A DNA stretch of 64,000 nt, taken from IMG/VR virus record IMGVR_UViG_3300028581_000010; one strand, 5' to 3'. Source of the stretch: a virus (taxonomy: Duplodnaviria; Caudoviricetes). Of this stretch, positions 46,457 through 54,990 are shown in pieces (position 1 is the first letter of the stretch; the number at the start of each line of letters is the position of its first letter). A model generated the notes under the pieces. The model worked only from the letters and a program-made list of their open reading frames with translations. It was not told the origin of the DNA and ran no database searches. The translations under genes and the position numbers were made by a program.

Positions 46457-49400
46457 TTATTTGATCTCCACTCTATCACCAATATCAAGTTTGCCAAGGA
46501 AAAAGTCTCTAACTACTTCCTGCTCACTGGAATACTTCACTGCCTTGTTCTTCTTATCCTCGAAGCTAGACTGGAACAGTCCTGTGGCAGACTCGTTGGA
46601 TGGTGTGAAGATCGGCGTGAAGTTTCTATGGTAGATTAGGTTCTTCTCAGGCAGCAGCTTCTCCTTGATCTCTTCCTTGGCTTCGTCGGAAGCTGGTAGT
46701 TGAATGTTTAGCTGGTCACCGTCGGAGTCAGCTCCATAACCCTTAAAGACCAGCGGATTCATCTTCAACGAGAAGTCCTTCGGGTCGATGTTGGGTTTTA
46801 GGTAGAATCCCTGGAAGTTGTACTTACTCAGCTGGGGATCGCGCGTAATAATTCCTGGGCGGTCGAGCCGTTCCTGCTCGAGGGCAGCTGCTGCGAGTTC
46901 GTGGCGTTTCTCTACATATTCTCTAGCCTTGATTGCCGGTATACCCTGTCTAACCAGGCGACGTATGATGAATGGTGAAAAGATATTCCATGCAATGTTC
47001 TGTGGTATGCTTGCCTCGTTGAGAGCTAGGTTAGCGTCTGGCACAAGAACACCACGACCAACAAGATCGATTGGCTTGTTAACTACCTTGGCCTGGAACA
47101 TGGATTCCTTGGCGCTTCCGCCGCGGAGACCGAGGGCGCTAGCTAGTAGTCCCTTGAAGCCCTTCTCCTTGCTCTTAACCGACACTGGGTCACCTAGTCC
47201 GTAAACAGCTTTGATGCCTTCGTATAGTTTCTTCTTGGCCTGCGCCTCGTGCTCGGGAGAGATATCCTCACCTTTGTTTTCACGCAGCGAGCCGTTTACT
47301 AACATTAGATCTTTATACAGCTCGTTGATGTCCGCCGACATGACCTGGTCGCCTTGAACCAGAATGGGACGGAACTGCGCAGGTATGACCGGCACCTTGG
47401 TGAGGAGCAGGTCCGATATTGCTATTTTATGCTCCTTTAGCATCTTTAGAAAGGCGTGCACCTTAAGCGCGTCATCGCGTCCGGACTTGTTGCCCTTCTT
47501 GATGAAGCCTTTGGTCTCCTCTAGCTTCTGGTCGATGTCCATACCGCGGAGTTCCTTCTCCAGCTCACCGGAGGCAAGCTTCTCCTCAAACTTAACCTTG
47601 GTCAGCTTGAGCATCTTGCGAATGTAATCTTCGGAGATGGGGTTCGGCATCGGTACTGCCAGGTCGATATGGTTGTAGTTGTCTCCATAGATACCTGTCG
47701 TAGACGCATCAAACAGCCCACCGTCCTCGGCAATGAGGTCGTCTTTCTTCAGCTTGTAGGTCAGCGGCTTCTTAATAGGACCGGCAGACATTGCAGTGAT
47801 GTCCTTGTCTGTTTGTGGAAAGATATTGAACAGGTTGCCGTCCTGTACCATGTTAACACCTGCTCCCTTGAGGTGACCGACGAACTTGTTAAAGATGAAT
47901 GGTACCTTGGGTGGAGGTGTAGGGTAACCCAACTTCAGAGCAGTCCAGTACTCGTCGTTCTTCGTGGCACGAATGGTAGCGATATCTCTGAGAACGGCCT
48001 TGGCGTCGTTGGATAGGGCCACCGTGGTAGCCAGGTTTCCTAGACGCTTACTTTTCTCGTCAGTGCCAGACTTGGACGGTTGCTGGTTAATGTCATACGT
48101 AGTGGCCGCCGAGCGCGAGGAAATTTTATCCTCGGCGATGTGGTGGAGCCTAGTATAGTACGCGGGGCCGACCATGACGTCGATATGCTTGCCTGACTGT
48201 GGGTCATATAGCTTTTCCGTGTCGCTGATGCCGTGCTTGTCCAGCTCGGCAATAACCTTTTCTACCGAGGAGCCCTCTGTGAACTGGTTCATGTTCAGCG
48301 GGTGCCCCAGCTTCTGAGCTACCTTACCAAGGGCCAGGCTGTTGATAAGCCCTGGAGCCACACGGGAGGTAACGCTCATCGAGTTTAGAATAACATCCAC
48401 AGGCTTGCCATCCTCGCCCTGAGGCATCTCAGTGTTAGGAATGATGCGTACCACACCCTTAGCTCCGTAAGCGTTGGAATTACCCGTCCAATGCGCCTTG
48501 CCGTTGCGTCGAACATAAAATGTATGATGCTTTGGCAAAGTCAGACAAAAAACAGGACCGGCATAATCTATAAGAGCCTCATGTTGAGCTTTTTGGGACC
48601 TTGTATGGCTATGGTTGATCTCTGGATAAAACTTAGAGCAATAAATAGAAATCGCGTAGTTAACGGCCGTCTGCTTGGTAGCTTTACCGCAAATAGTAAA
48701 TTCTTTGCCTACATATCCGCGTGGCGTATATGTTGAGCTCTTACCTAAGTGCACCACAAGCCTTTGAAAGCTGTCCCGTAGCAGCTCAGACGACGTAAAG
48801 TAGAACATACATGTCTTGCCGACATGCCCGTCACCCAGCATAGCCCAGTCAAAAATAGTCTGCAAATGGCTGTGGTCATACTTAAAAAGAAAGTCTGGTA
48901 GCTGCTTGGATTTAAAGCCTGAGCCAAACTGTTTAAAATGTGTGTATAAAGCTTTACTATATATACGAAAGCCGTGTGGCCCACGGATGTAATGCATGGC
49001 ATGTTTGTCAAATAACTCTGTAATTTTCTGCACGCAGCTGTACTTACTCTGAGCTATATCTATACCAAATGAACCGGATTTGACATCATTTACCAAGTTA
49101 CCCTCCGAGACGAAGAGCCCTACTAGGGCAAAATACGCTTCGGCCGGAAGTGTCATACTCGGAGATGTGCGCACTCCCTTAGAGCCGTTGGTGTATTCCG
49201 CCCCCGGCAAAGTAATGCTGTCTATCTTAATGCCCGCTATAGGGCTGCCGTTTAAAACAAGCTTGTAATTTTTTCCCACGAGTTTTTCAGCAGGAATGAG
49301 CTCGTACTTTCCGTTGAACTTTTTGCCAAGCCAGCCCTTGCGTCGGTTAGCTACTAGTTTGTGGTTGAGTGTCACACACATATCCACGCTACTGGTGGAC

Positions 49401-50536
49401 AAGCTATACATTTTTCCGGCGTGCAGATACACAGGAATGGCCTCAACAGGCTCTAAAGAGATGTTTCCTGTTTCGAGCTCTCTACTGTACGCACGCGTAC
49501 CTATCGGAATATCTGCATAAAGCCTCCAGCCGTACTCTGTAAGTACCTCATGATCTGTAGTTAGGCACAGCTTATCAGCCTGCCCCATCGGGCGGGTTGT
49601 TTTGATTGTAACCGTTACGAGTTTACCTGTGTTACTAACATCAACGACCTCGCCGTCGTGCTCGTACTCCCAATTGGAGGAGATGTCGGAGAATGCGTTG
49701 CGCAGTACTCTGGATAGTTTTCCAAGCTGAAGGTCCAGAGACTTAATAGTCTTAGGTTGGAAAGCGAGAATAACAGGATCACCATTCTTAACCTTGGTAC
49801 CTGTCTTAACCACACCGGCACTGTCGATGGTATCCAGCTGGTCGTTGAGATACTTATTAGGAAAGAGTGAGACGTATCTATCTTTATCGGTTTCAATACC
49901 TCTGGCGATCTCCAACCGTATTGGTACGAGCTGTTCGGCCTCAAGCTTCTTAGCGGCATCCTCAGAGATAACCAAGGCGTCCTCGAAGTTATATGAGCGA
50001 AAAGGCATGACTGCAGTCTTGAGGTTCATACCTAAGGCTAGCTTGCCTGCCTTGTCTGAGTAGTTGGAGGTGGCCATCAGCTCACCCTTGGAGACCTTGT
50101 CACCCTTCTTGACGACTGGCGTGTTGTGCAGGTAGCTCTCGCGCCCCACCAGGTAGTTATTATACAATTCGTGATGGACGTTCTCTCCGTCGTCAGTCTT
50201 TACCGTAATACCTTCTGGGTCTACCTTGGTTACAGTTCCGCCATCCTTGGCGTGTAGCGCCGCGGTCTCTCTGCCGTATATGGAGTTGAAGGAGCTCTTG
50301 GAGTGCGTGTCGGACGACTGCACTAGGGGAACCTCGCGGTTGATCAGCGTCATGGCCTGCGTTGAGGACTTCTCTCCAATGAGTACGCGGGCGCCGGATA
50401 CGGAGCTGACTCCGGGAATAAGATTTGTGACCGGCGAGAAGAAGGTGGCTGTCGAGGGAATAGAGTAGTCTGCCTTAGTGGAGGCGGGTACCTTGGTCAA
50501 CTTTCCGTTGATCAACATGAATTTCATTTTTTTCAT
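46457..50536 (-). CDS. rpoBC: RNA polymerase beta C-terminal part fused to beta' N-terminal part (both double-psi barrels), intein-containing
   Basis: Beta motifs: SPVTNLIP..RVLIG, LALGMNL, YNFEDAL, ADKL|SNAYGAKG, DVILNSMSVTSR, HHIAEDKISSR. Beta' motifs: GPIKKP, GGLFD, HIDL, VPVIPAQFRP, VDLVGRGV-like, TRDPQL and catalytic YGADSDGDQ. Confidence 0.95.
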   Translation of the reverse strand: MKKMKFMLINGKLTKVPASTKADYSIPSTATFFSPVTNLIPGVSSVSGARVLIGEKSSTQAMTLINREVPLVQSSDTHSKSSFNSIYGRETAALHAKDGGTVTKVDPEGITVKTDDGENVHHELYNNYLVGRESYLHNTPVVKKGDKVSKGELMATSNYSDKAGKLALGMNLKTAVMPFRSYNFEDALVISEDAAKKLEAEQLVPIRLEIARGIETDKDRYVSLFPNKYLNDQLDTIDSAGVVKTGTKVKNGDPVILAFQPKTIKSLDLQLGKLSRVLRNAFSDISSNWEYEHDGEVVDVSNTGKLVTVTIKTTRPMGQADKLCLTTDHEVLTEYGWRLYADIPIGTRAYSRELETGNISLEPVEAIPVYLHAGKMYSLSTSSVDMCVTLNHKLVANRRKGWLGKKFNGKYELIPAEKLVGKNYKLVLNGSPIAGIKIDSITLPGAEYTNGSKGVRTSPSMTLPAEAYFALVGLFVSEGNLVNDVKSGSFGIDIAQSKYSCVQKITELFDKHAMHYIRGPHGFRIYSKALYTHFKQFGSGFKSKQLPDFLFKYDHSHLQTIFDWAMLGDGHVGKTCMFYFTSSELLRDSFQRLVVHLGKSSTYTPRGYVGKEFTICGKATKQTAVNYAISIYCSKFYPEINHSHTRSQKAQHEALIDYAGPVFCLTLPKHHTFYVRRNGKAHWTGNSNAYGAKGVVRIIPNTEMPQGEDGKPVDVILNSMSVTSRVAPGLINSLALGKVAQKLGHPLNMNQFTEGSSVEKVIAELDKHGISDTEKLYDPQSGKHIDVMVGPAYYTRLHHIAEDKISSRSAATTYDINQQPSKSGTDEKSKRLGNLATTVALSNDAKAVLRDIATIRATKNDEYWTALKLGYPTPPPKVPFIFNKFVGHLKGAGVNMVQDGNLFNIFPQTDKDITAMSAGPIKKPLTYKLKKDDLIAEDGGLFDASTTGIYGDNYNHIDLAVPMPNPISEDYIRKMLKLTKVKFEEKLASGELEKELRGMDIDQKLEETKGFIKKGNKSGRDDALKVHAFLKMLKEHKIAISDLLLTKVPVIPAQFRPILVQGDQVMSADINELYKDLMLVNGSLRENKGEDISPEHEAQAKKKLYEGIKAVYGLGDPVSVKSKEKGFKGLLASALGLRGGSAKESMFQAKVVNKPIDLVGRGVLVPDANLALNEASIPQNIAWNIFSPFIIRRLVRQGIPAIKAREYVEKRHELAAAALEQERLDRPGIITRDPQLSKYNFQGFYLKPNIDPKDFSLKMNPLVFKGYGADSDGDQLNIQLPASDEAKEEIKEKLLPEKNLIYHRNFTPIFTPSNESATGLFQSSFEDKKNKAVKYSSEQEVVRDFFLGKLDIGDRVEIK
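48479..49567 (-). mobile_element. 363-aa intein with LAGLIDADG-type homing endonuclease
   Basis: Block A CLTTDHEVLT, block B VTLNHKL, endonuclease motifs LVGLFVSEGN and WAMLGDGH, block F VFCLTLPKHHTFYV, terminal TGN followed by extein Ser. Removal restores ADKL-SNAYGAKGVV (= GDKMAGRHGNKGVI). Confidence 0.92.
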
Positions 50537-50540
50537 CGTA

Positions 50541-50894
50541 TTAAACTTCCTGTCCGTCAGTGGTCTCGGCGTACATGGCGTCCAGCTCCTCGACCACGTC
50601 GTCTACGAAGCGTACTCCGCAGCGGTCCCATAGAAAGTCAGCTAGCCCGTCGGAGATCTCGTCAACGCTATCGTTACCGATATCCCAGCAGCAGCAGTGC
50701 AGTAGCTCGTCGATCAGAGTGGCCAGGAGCTCCTTGCCCTCCTCACGGTTGTCTATCTGTACGGCCTTGCCCTTCGTATCAGGATGGTCGGTGAGACCAC
50801 GGGCGTCCTTGAGTTTGCCTACCTTGAATCTGTAGCGCTTGCCGCGGATGCTTACAGTCTTGATCTGTTTCAGGCGTTCCATCGTTTTAGACAT
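50541..50894 (-). CDS. Small zincin-like protein with a degenerate HExxH motif (DELLH)
   Basis: Likely start ATG 50894 (MSKTMER). RYRFKV...GLTD...VQID...LATLIDELLHC...VDEIS.GLADF follows the small phage metallopeptidase pattern. Confidence 0.55.
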   Translation of the reverse strand: MSKTMERLKQIKTVSIRGKRYRFKVGKLKDARGLTDHPDTKGKAVQIDNREEGKELLATLIDELLHCCCWDIGNDSVDEISDGLADFLWDRCGVRFVDDVVEELDAMYAETTDGQEV

Positions 50895-50901
50895 ATGGGA
50901 C

Positions 50902-50930
50902 ATCTTACACGATTCAGAGGCGCGGGGCAA
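50902..50930 (-). promoter_or_regulatory. Promoter TTGCCC-N17-TAAGAT for the polymerase operon (near-leaderless)
   Basis: The ORF-track TTG start is the -35 box; ATG 50894 lies 7 nt after the -10 box. Confidence 0.55.
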
Positions 50931-51176
50931 TCAAGAAGTCGTTTCCGGGGCGGATTTGATATCGCATTGCCTAAAGAGATATTGTCCTATCATTGTATAT
51001 ATCCTCTCCCTTGATAATGAGTGTGTATAGATTGCTCGTATATGCATGCCTGACCCCCTCAGTTTTGGGGCCAAATTGCGGGTATGATATCTTGATGAAA
51101 CCAATAAATAGCACCGGAAGGTGCCCGATAGACAAGGAAGACTCTGTAACCCGCTCTGCAGTTCAGGAGGTACCAC

Positions 51177-51845
51177 ATGAGTGATCTCCGTAAAACCATC
51201 CTTGGAATGACGGGCTCCAGGGGAAAACAAGTCGTAATCAGGCCTCTCCGTCAGGCCTACAAAGTACCAATAGAGGAGAATGATGATACTGCTCTCTCTA
51301 TTGTGTGTATGGCATTCGCTCAGCTTCCTGAGCGCTACCAGGTGGTCTTGCACTGTCGCCTCGTGCAGGGCTTGACCATGGCGCAGACCGGTTGTCTCAT
51401 TAATACGAGTCGTACTCGTGTTATGCAGCTGGAGTATCAGGCGCTACGTATGCTCCGCGACAAGTATCATATTCAGGAAAGACTCTTCGCTCGCGATGTT
51501 CATGCCGTTCTTGCCGAGCCGTCTTATGACGTTGCTGGCATTATTGATGCGCGCAACGTCCAGGTCTGGTACAGAGATTTCCTGGCGTTGGAACGTGCGG
51601 ACAGAGCAGCTGCCTACAAAAAAGAGCTGGCGGCGATTCGGCGTCAGGACATTGCACGGAGGAAGCTCAAGGAACAGAAGCGTGCTCGGGCGGAAGCTGT
51701 GAGGCGTCAGGCAGAGGAATACAACGCCAGCCTCACAGTGGTCTACGAGAAAGGCAAGCCCGTGGATCAGGAGGCACAGGACCGCAGGGATGACGTAAAG
51801 CACGCTACGAACGCTGCTCTGCGCAGCTGGGTTCAAGGCGTCTGA
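51177..51845 (+). CDS. Sigma70 region-4 HTH protein with a long charged helix
   Basis: LPERYQVVLHCRLVQGLTMAQTGCLINTSRTRVMQLEYQALRMLR matches region 4; no region 2; strong AGGAGGT SD. Confidence 0.8.
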   Translation: MSDLRKTILGMTGSRGKQVVIRPLRQAYKVPIEENDDTALSIVCMAFAQLPERYQVVLHCRLVQGLTMAQTGCLINTSRTRVMQLEYQALRMLRDKYHIQERLFARDVHAVLAEPSYDVAGIIDARNVQVWYRDFLALERADRAAAYKKELAAIRRQDIARRKLKEQKRARAEAVRRQAEEYNASLTVVYEKGKPVDQEAQDRRDDVKHATNAALRSWVQGV

Positions 51846-51852
51846 CGCTAAA

Positions 51853-51888
51853 GAGGGAGTGCGGGCTTCGGTCCGTGCTCTCTTTTTT
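51853..51888 (+). terminator. Intrinsic terminator with a cUUCGg tetraloop
   Basis: GAGGGAGUGCGGGC-UUCG-GUCCGUGCUCUC stem with several G-U pairs, then UUUUUU. Confidence 0.85.
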
Positions 51889-51950
51889 AGCTATTGGGTT
51901 CTGAATATTATGTTATTTGAACAATTTGCCCACCTAACTCTCATTTTCTC

Positions 51951-51978
51951 TTGACTATTCCTGGCCACGCTGTAAAAC
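51951..51978 (+). promoter_or_regulatory. Possible promoter TTGACT-N16-TAAAAC
   Basis: Directly after the terminator; ATG 51987 lies 8 nt after the -10 box. Confidence 0.45.
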
Positions 51979-51986
51979 CATACATT

Positions 51987-54077
51987 ATGCCAGGTTCATT
52001 TCCAGTACCCATGGAAGGAGACGACGGTGACATTGCAACATACTGCTCTAATGTCGCCGTCCACTATCCTATTCATCTGGATCCGGTTAAGAACGCATGG
52101 GACGCCTACGAGAAACAGCACGGTGACTGCCCTACTCAGGCGATGATGGCTCCCTTCTTCGCCGCCTCGGAGTACGTCACTCAGGAACCAGGTCATGTCT
52201 CCGCCATAGGCAAGTACGGAATGAACTGGCTTGCTCCAAACGACTACGTTGCAAACTGGGGGTCGCTGGACGAGATGTCCAAGAAGGTGTTCAAGGAGCT
52301 GCTGCTCAAGGACTCCTCTCGCTCCAATCGCTGCTACTACGGGTTGAAGGAGCACGACTCTCTTCCCGAGCACCTGCTTCTCCTCACCGGGGCCGAGGTA
52401 TGGAACATGTTTCCAGATCACGCCATCGACATGGTCACCTCCAATCTCAAGGATGGCTACTACTACTCTCGCAACAAAGTGAGATGCCGCTCTCTTGACG
52501 CCAGGACGGCCATGGAAGCCGTCGACGTGTACGAGCGCACCTACGACCCTGCCATACTGTTCAAAGACCTGGACGCGGTCGTTCTGCTCGTAGACAGCCC
52601 CGCTGAGATGCACGACCTGGACGAGGACGTCAACGTGACGCGCGACACTCACCAGAAGTTCTATCACAACGTGGTAGCCTTCATGAAGAAGCAGATCGTC
52701 AAGAGCAAGGTCTACTCTCTCAAGTACTCGCACGAGGTAGCCGTCACCTCCATTCGCAACAAGAAGTTCATGCCTCACACGCACATGGTAGCCTGGTATC
52801 CCAAGGGCACGGAGTTTCCCATAGGAGAGCTTCAGGCGGACATGGAGCTGAAGTACCCAGGCTACAAACTGTCCATGGAGACCAACTACGGCAAGAACGG
52901 CGTCCATACCTCCTACTCCACGGTAAAGGACTTCTGCAAGTACATGTTCAAGGTATCCACGCTGGCCAAGACATATCGGCGGGAGTTCTCCTACGACGAC
53001 GCCAGAGAGTTCAACATCGCTACCGTGCAGTGCCTTCGCGCACTGGTGGATCTCGCTACGGGCACGGGAGAAAAGAAGAAACTATTTCCAAGAACAAACT
53101 GCATCTACGTGCCCAAGAAGAGCGACGGAGTGGGGGCAAAGTCGAAATACGTACATCCGAAGTTGCAAAAGTTGCGGAAACGTCGTAAAATAATCGAAAG
53201 GAATGCTGCAGTCGTCGAGCTGCCTCCGAACAATACTTCTACAAATGACACAACAAGACCTTCAATTCAGCCTGATCAAACTAGCGGAGCAGTCAGGATT
53301 AGCCCCGGAGACCGATGCGTTTCTGGAGGGAATGGCCAAGGAAGCCGACTTACTGCTGGAGCAACATCAGCTGCAAAAGAGAGCCTTCTTCAACAACGCG
53401 ATACGGGCGGTAGTCAAAGAAGCCCATATTCAAGGGATATCCTCGACGTCGCCAGAGTGCTTGGACTTGATCCAAAAACTCTCGGAGATGCAGGAGCCCG
53501 AAGAGCTCATACAGGCGCTCCAGAAGAACGCCCAAGACTTCCAGTCTGCCCTATCCGAGCAGATGATCAAGGAGGGCTACGACCAGGCGTTTGTGGATGG
53601 CATGATCAAGGAAGCGGGGTTGTTCTCTGCCGTAGGGGCGCTGCCTGCTGTGAAAGCCGTGGCCAGAGGCTTCGGCTCCGAGGGAAGAGCGATGCTGGGC
53701 GCGGCTACGTCGGGAGCGCTCACTCGCCCCATAGGAAAAGACTCAACCCACGGCTTCTCGCAATGGTGGAAGGGAGTCAAGGGAGATGCGCGCGGGCTAG
53801 CCAACGAGGGCCTGCCCGCGGCAGCCCGTGTACCCGGCACGGCCGACGCTGGCGAGGCAGTTGCAAAATATCTAGGCGAGATGGACAGCGGGCTCGCGGG
53901 CCTTGCAAAGGACAGTCCGCACGTGCAGGCCATTACACCCATGTCAATGGCGAGGCGCAACACACATATGAAGTGGGACGAAGGCAACATAGGCCCACAC
54001 TCTGTAAAAGCCGACAGCGCGCAGTCTTCGATGCTCGGCGCTGGACAGGCGGCCGAGCGTGCCGCGGCGGAAGCTGA
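51987..54077 (+). CDS. HUH-superfamily (rolling-circle Rep-like) endonuclease; folded part ends near 53160 and the frame continues over the next gene
   Basis: SHEV...FMPHTHMVAW (HUH motif II) and VKDFCKYMFK (YxxK motif III) in Rep_1-like order and spacing. The C-terminal ~280 codons look like an alternative-frame reading. Confidence 0.65.
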   Translation: MPGSFPVPMEGDDGDIATYCSNVAVHYPIHLDPVKNAWDAYEKQHGDCPTQAMMAPFFAASEYVTQEPGHVSAIGKYGMNWLAPNDYVANWGSLDEMSKKVFKELLLKDSSRSNRCYYGLKEHDSLPEHLLLLTGAEVWNMFPDHAIDMVTSNLKDGYYYSRNKVRCRSLDARTAMEAVDVYERTYDPAILFKDLDAVVLLVDSPAEMHDLDEDVNVTRDTHQKFYHNVVAFMKKQIVKSKVYSLKYSHEVAVTSIRNKKFMPHTHMVAWYPKGTEFPIGELQADMELKYPGYKLSMETNYGKNGVHTSYSTVKDFCKYMFKVSTLAKTYRREFSYDDAREFNIATVQCLRALVDLATGTGEKKKLFPRTNCIYVPKKSDGVGAKSKYVHPKLQKLRKRRKIIERNAAVVELPPNNTSTNDTTRPSIQPDQTSGAVRISPGDRCVSGGNGQGSRLTAGATSAAKESLLQQRDTGGSQRSPYSRDILDVARVLGLDPKTLGDAGARRAHTGAPEERPRLPVCPIRADDQGGLRPGVCGWHDQGSGVVLCRRGAACCESRGQRLRLRGKSDAGRGYVGSAHSPHRKRLNPRLLAMVEGSQGRCARASQRGPARGSPCTRHGRRWRGSCKISRRDGQRARGPCKGQSARAGHYTHVNGEAQHTYEVGRRQHRPTLCKSRQRAVFDARRWTGGRACRGGS
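53163..53191 (+). promoter_or_regulatory. Promoter TTGCAA-N17-TAAAAT inside the HUH ORF
   Basis: Read directly; lies upstream of ATG 53245. Confidence 0.7.
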
Positions 54078-54990
54078 GGCTAGGGCACTCGCTGCAAAAT
54101 GGTATCCGCAGTTTAAGCGCGACCCAGTCGGCACGCACGGTGACCCTCTATATAGGCAGGAGTTGGAGGCGCTGTTCGCGAAGCATCAAGGACGCATCGA
54201 TAAGGGATTCTTCGGCGCAGGAGGCAAAACCGGGCTTACCGCCCAACTCGGAGACCTGCGTAACTCTTATTTAAACAATGGCAACCCGGACATGACTCGG
54301 GACCTGCTCAAGCAACTCGCTTCTCCCGCCGGCGCAAAGATGGAGGCTCTGTCTCCGGGGCTAGCTATTCCAGGCGCCCACGCACAGATAGCTGACCCAC
54401 GCGCCTACGCAGCTGCTGCAGCCGGTAGGGGAGTTGGCTCTAATAGGCACCCGGTATCCGGCTTTTTAGGAGGCACAGCCGCTAGCATTCCTGCAGGTAT
54501 GCTTGGTGCCGCAGCCGGCGGAGCTTTACTGGGACCTCCTGGTGCTTTCGTAGGTGGGCTACTCGGTGGAGGCGCGGGTTGGAAGCTCGGCAAAGGTGTC
54601 GCTGGTCGCCTAGGCGTAGGTAAGACTATGCTTGGAGCAGGCGCCCTGGGTGCCGGTGGTATGTATCTTGGAGGCAAGGCAGTTATGGGTCAGAGTGACG
54701 CCAAGGATGCGCAGGGCCTTCCCGTAGATCGAAACCGGGCCGTTCCGTTTATGAAGAACAACTGGGCCGGTGCAGCAGGTGGCGCACTACTTGCGTCAAC
54801 TATTGCAAGAGAGCTCGGACTGGACGCAGGAGCGATGTCTTGGATACTGCCGCTTCTAGGTGGTGTAGCAGGATACAACTATCTACCACAACTCATGAAC
54901 AAGTGGCAGGACCCGAATGGCTACGGAGTAAATGCCGTACCTGAGGGCAATACACAGATGACGGCGCAGACTCCGTTTAAGTTAATGTAA
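53245..54990 (+). CDS. Putative internal head / ejection protein with shared modules and long glycine zippers
   Basis: Likely start MTQQDLQFSLIKLAEQSGL; FLEGMAKEA, QKRAFF and FVDGMIKEAG modules; GMLGAAAGGALLGPPGAFVGGLLGGGAG zipper. Confidence 0.8.
   Translation: MTQQDLQFSLIKLAEQSGLAPETDAFLEGMAKEADLLLEQHQLQKRAFFNNAIRAVVKEAHIQGISSTSPECLDLIQKLSEMQEPEELIQALQKNAQDFQSALSEQMIKEGYDQAFVDGMIKEAGLFSAVGALPAVKAVARGFGSEGRAMLGAATSGALTRPIGKDSTHGFSQWWKGVKGDARGLANEGLPAAARVPGTADAGEAVAKYLGEMDSGLAGLAKDSPHVQAITPMSMARRNTHMKWDEGNIGPHSVKADSAQSSMLGAGQAAERAAAEAEARALAAKWYPQFKRDPVGTHGDPLYRQELEALFAKHQGRIDKGFFGAGGKTGLTAQLGDLRNSYLNNGNPDMTRDLLKQLASPAGAKMEALSPGLAIPGAHAQIADPRAYAAAAAGRGVGSNRHPVSGFLGGTAASIPAGMLGAAAGGALLGPPGAFVGGLLGGGAGWKLGKGVAGRLGVGKTMLGAGALGAGGMYLGGKAVMGQSDAKDAQGLPVDRNRAVPFMKNNWAGAAGGALLASTIARELGLDAGAMSWILPLLGGVAGYNYLPQLMNKWQDPNGYGVNAVPEGNTQMTAQTPFKLM

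Noticed and set aside
43232-50536. Host chromosomal rpoB-rpoC operon
   Set aside because: The genes are split and fused differently, are highly divergent (GADSDGD), are embedded among virion genes, and have no ribosomal-protein neighbours.
50993-51184. STGRCPID resembling the RpoB GR.CPIET motif (the missing beta middle)
   Set aside because: A short chance match in a 63-aa ORF in the divergent intergenic region, with no other RpoB motifs around it.
51996-52907. 303-aa antisense ORF
   Set aside because: A shadow of the GC3-rich HUH gene with Val/Leu/His/Gln-biased composition. The same applies to most short opposite-strand ORFs in the track.
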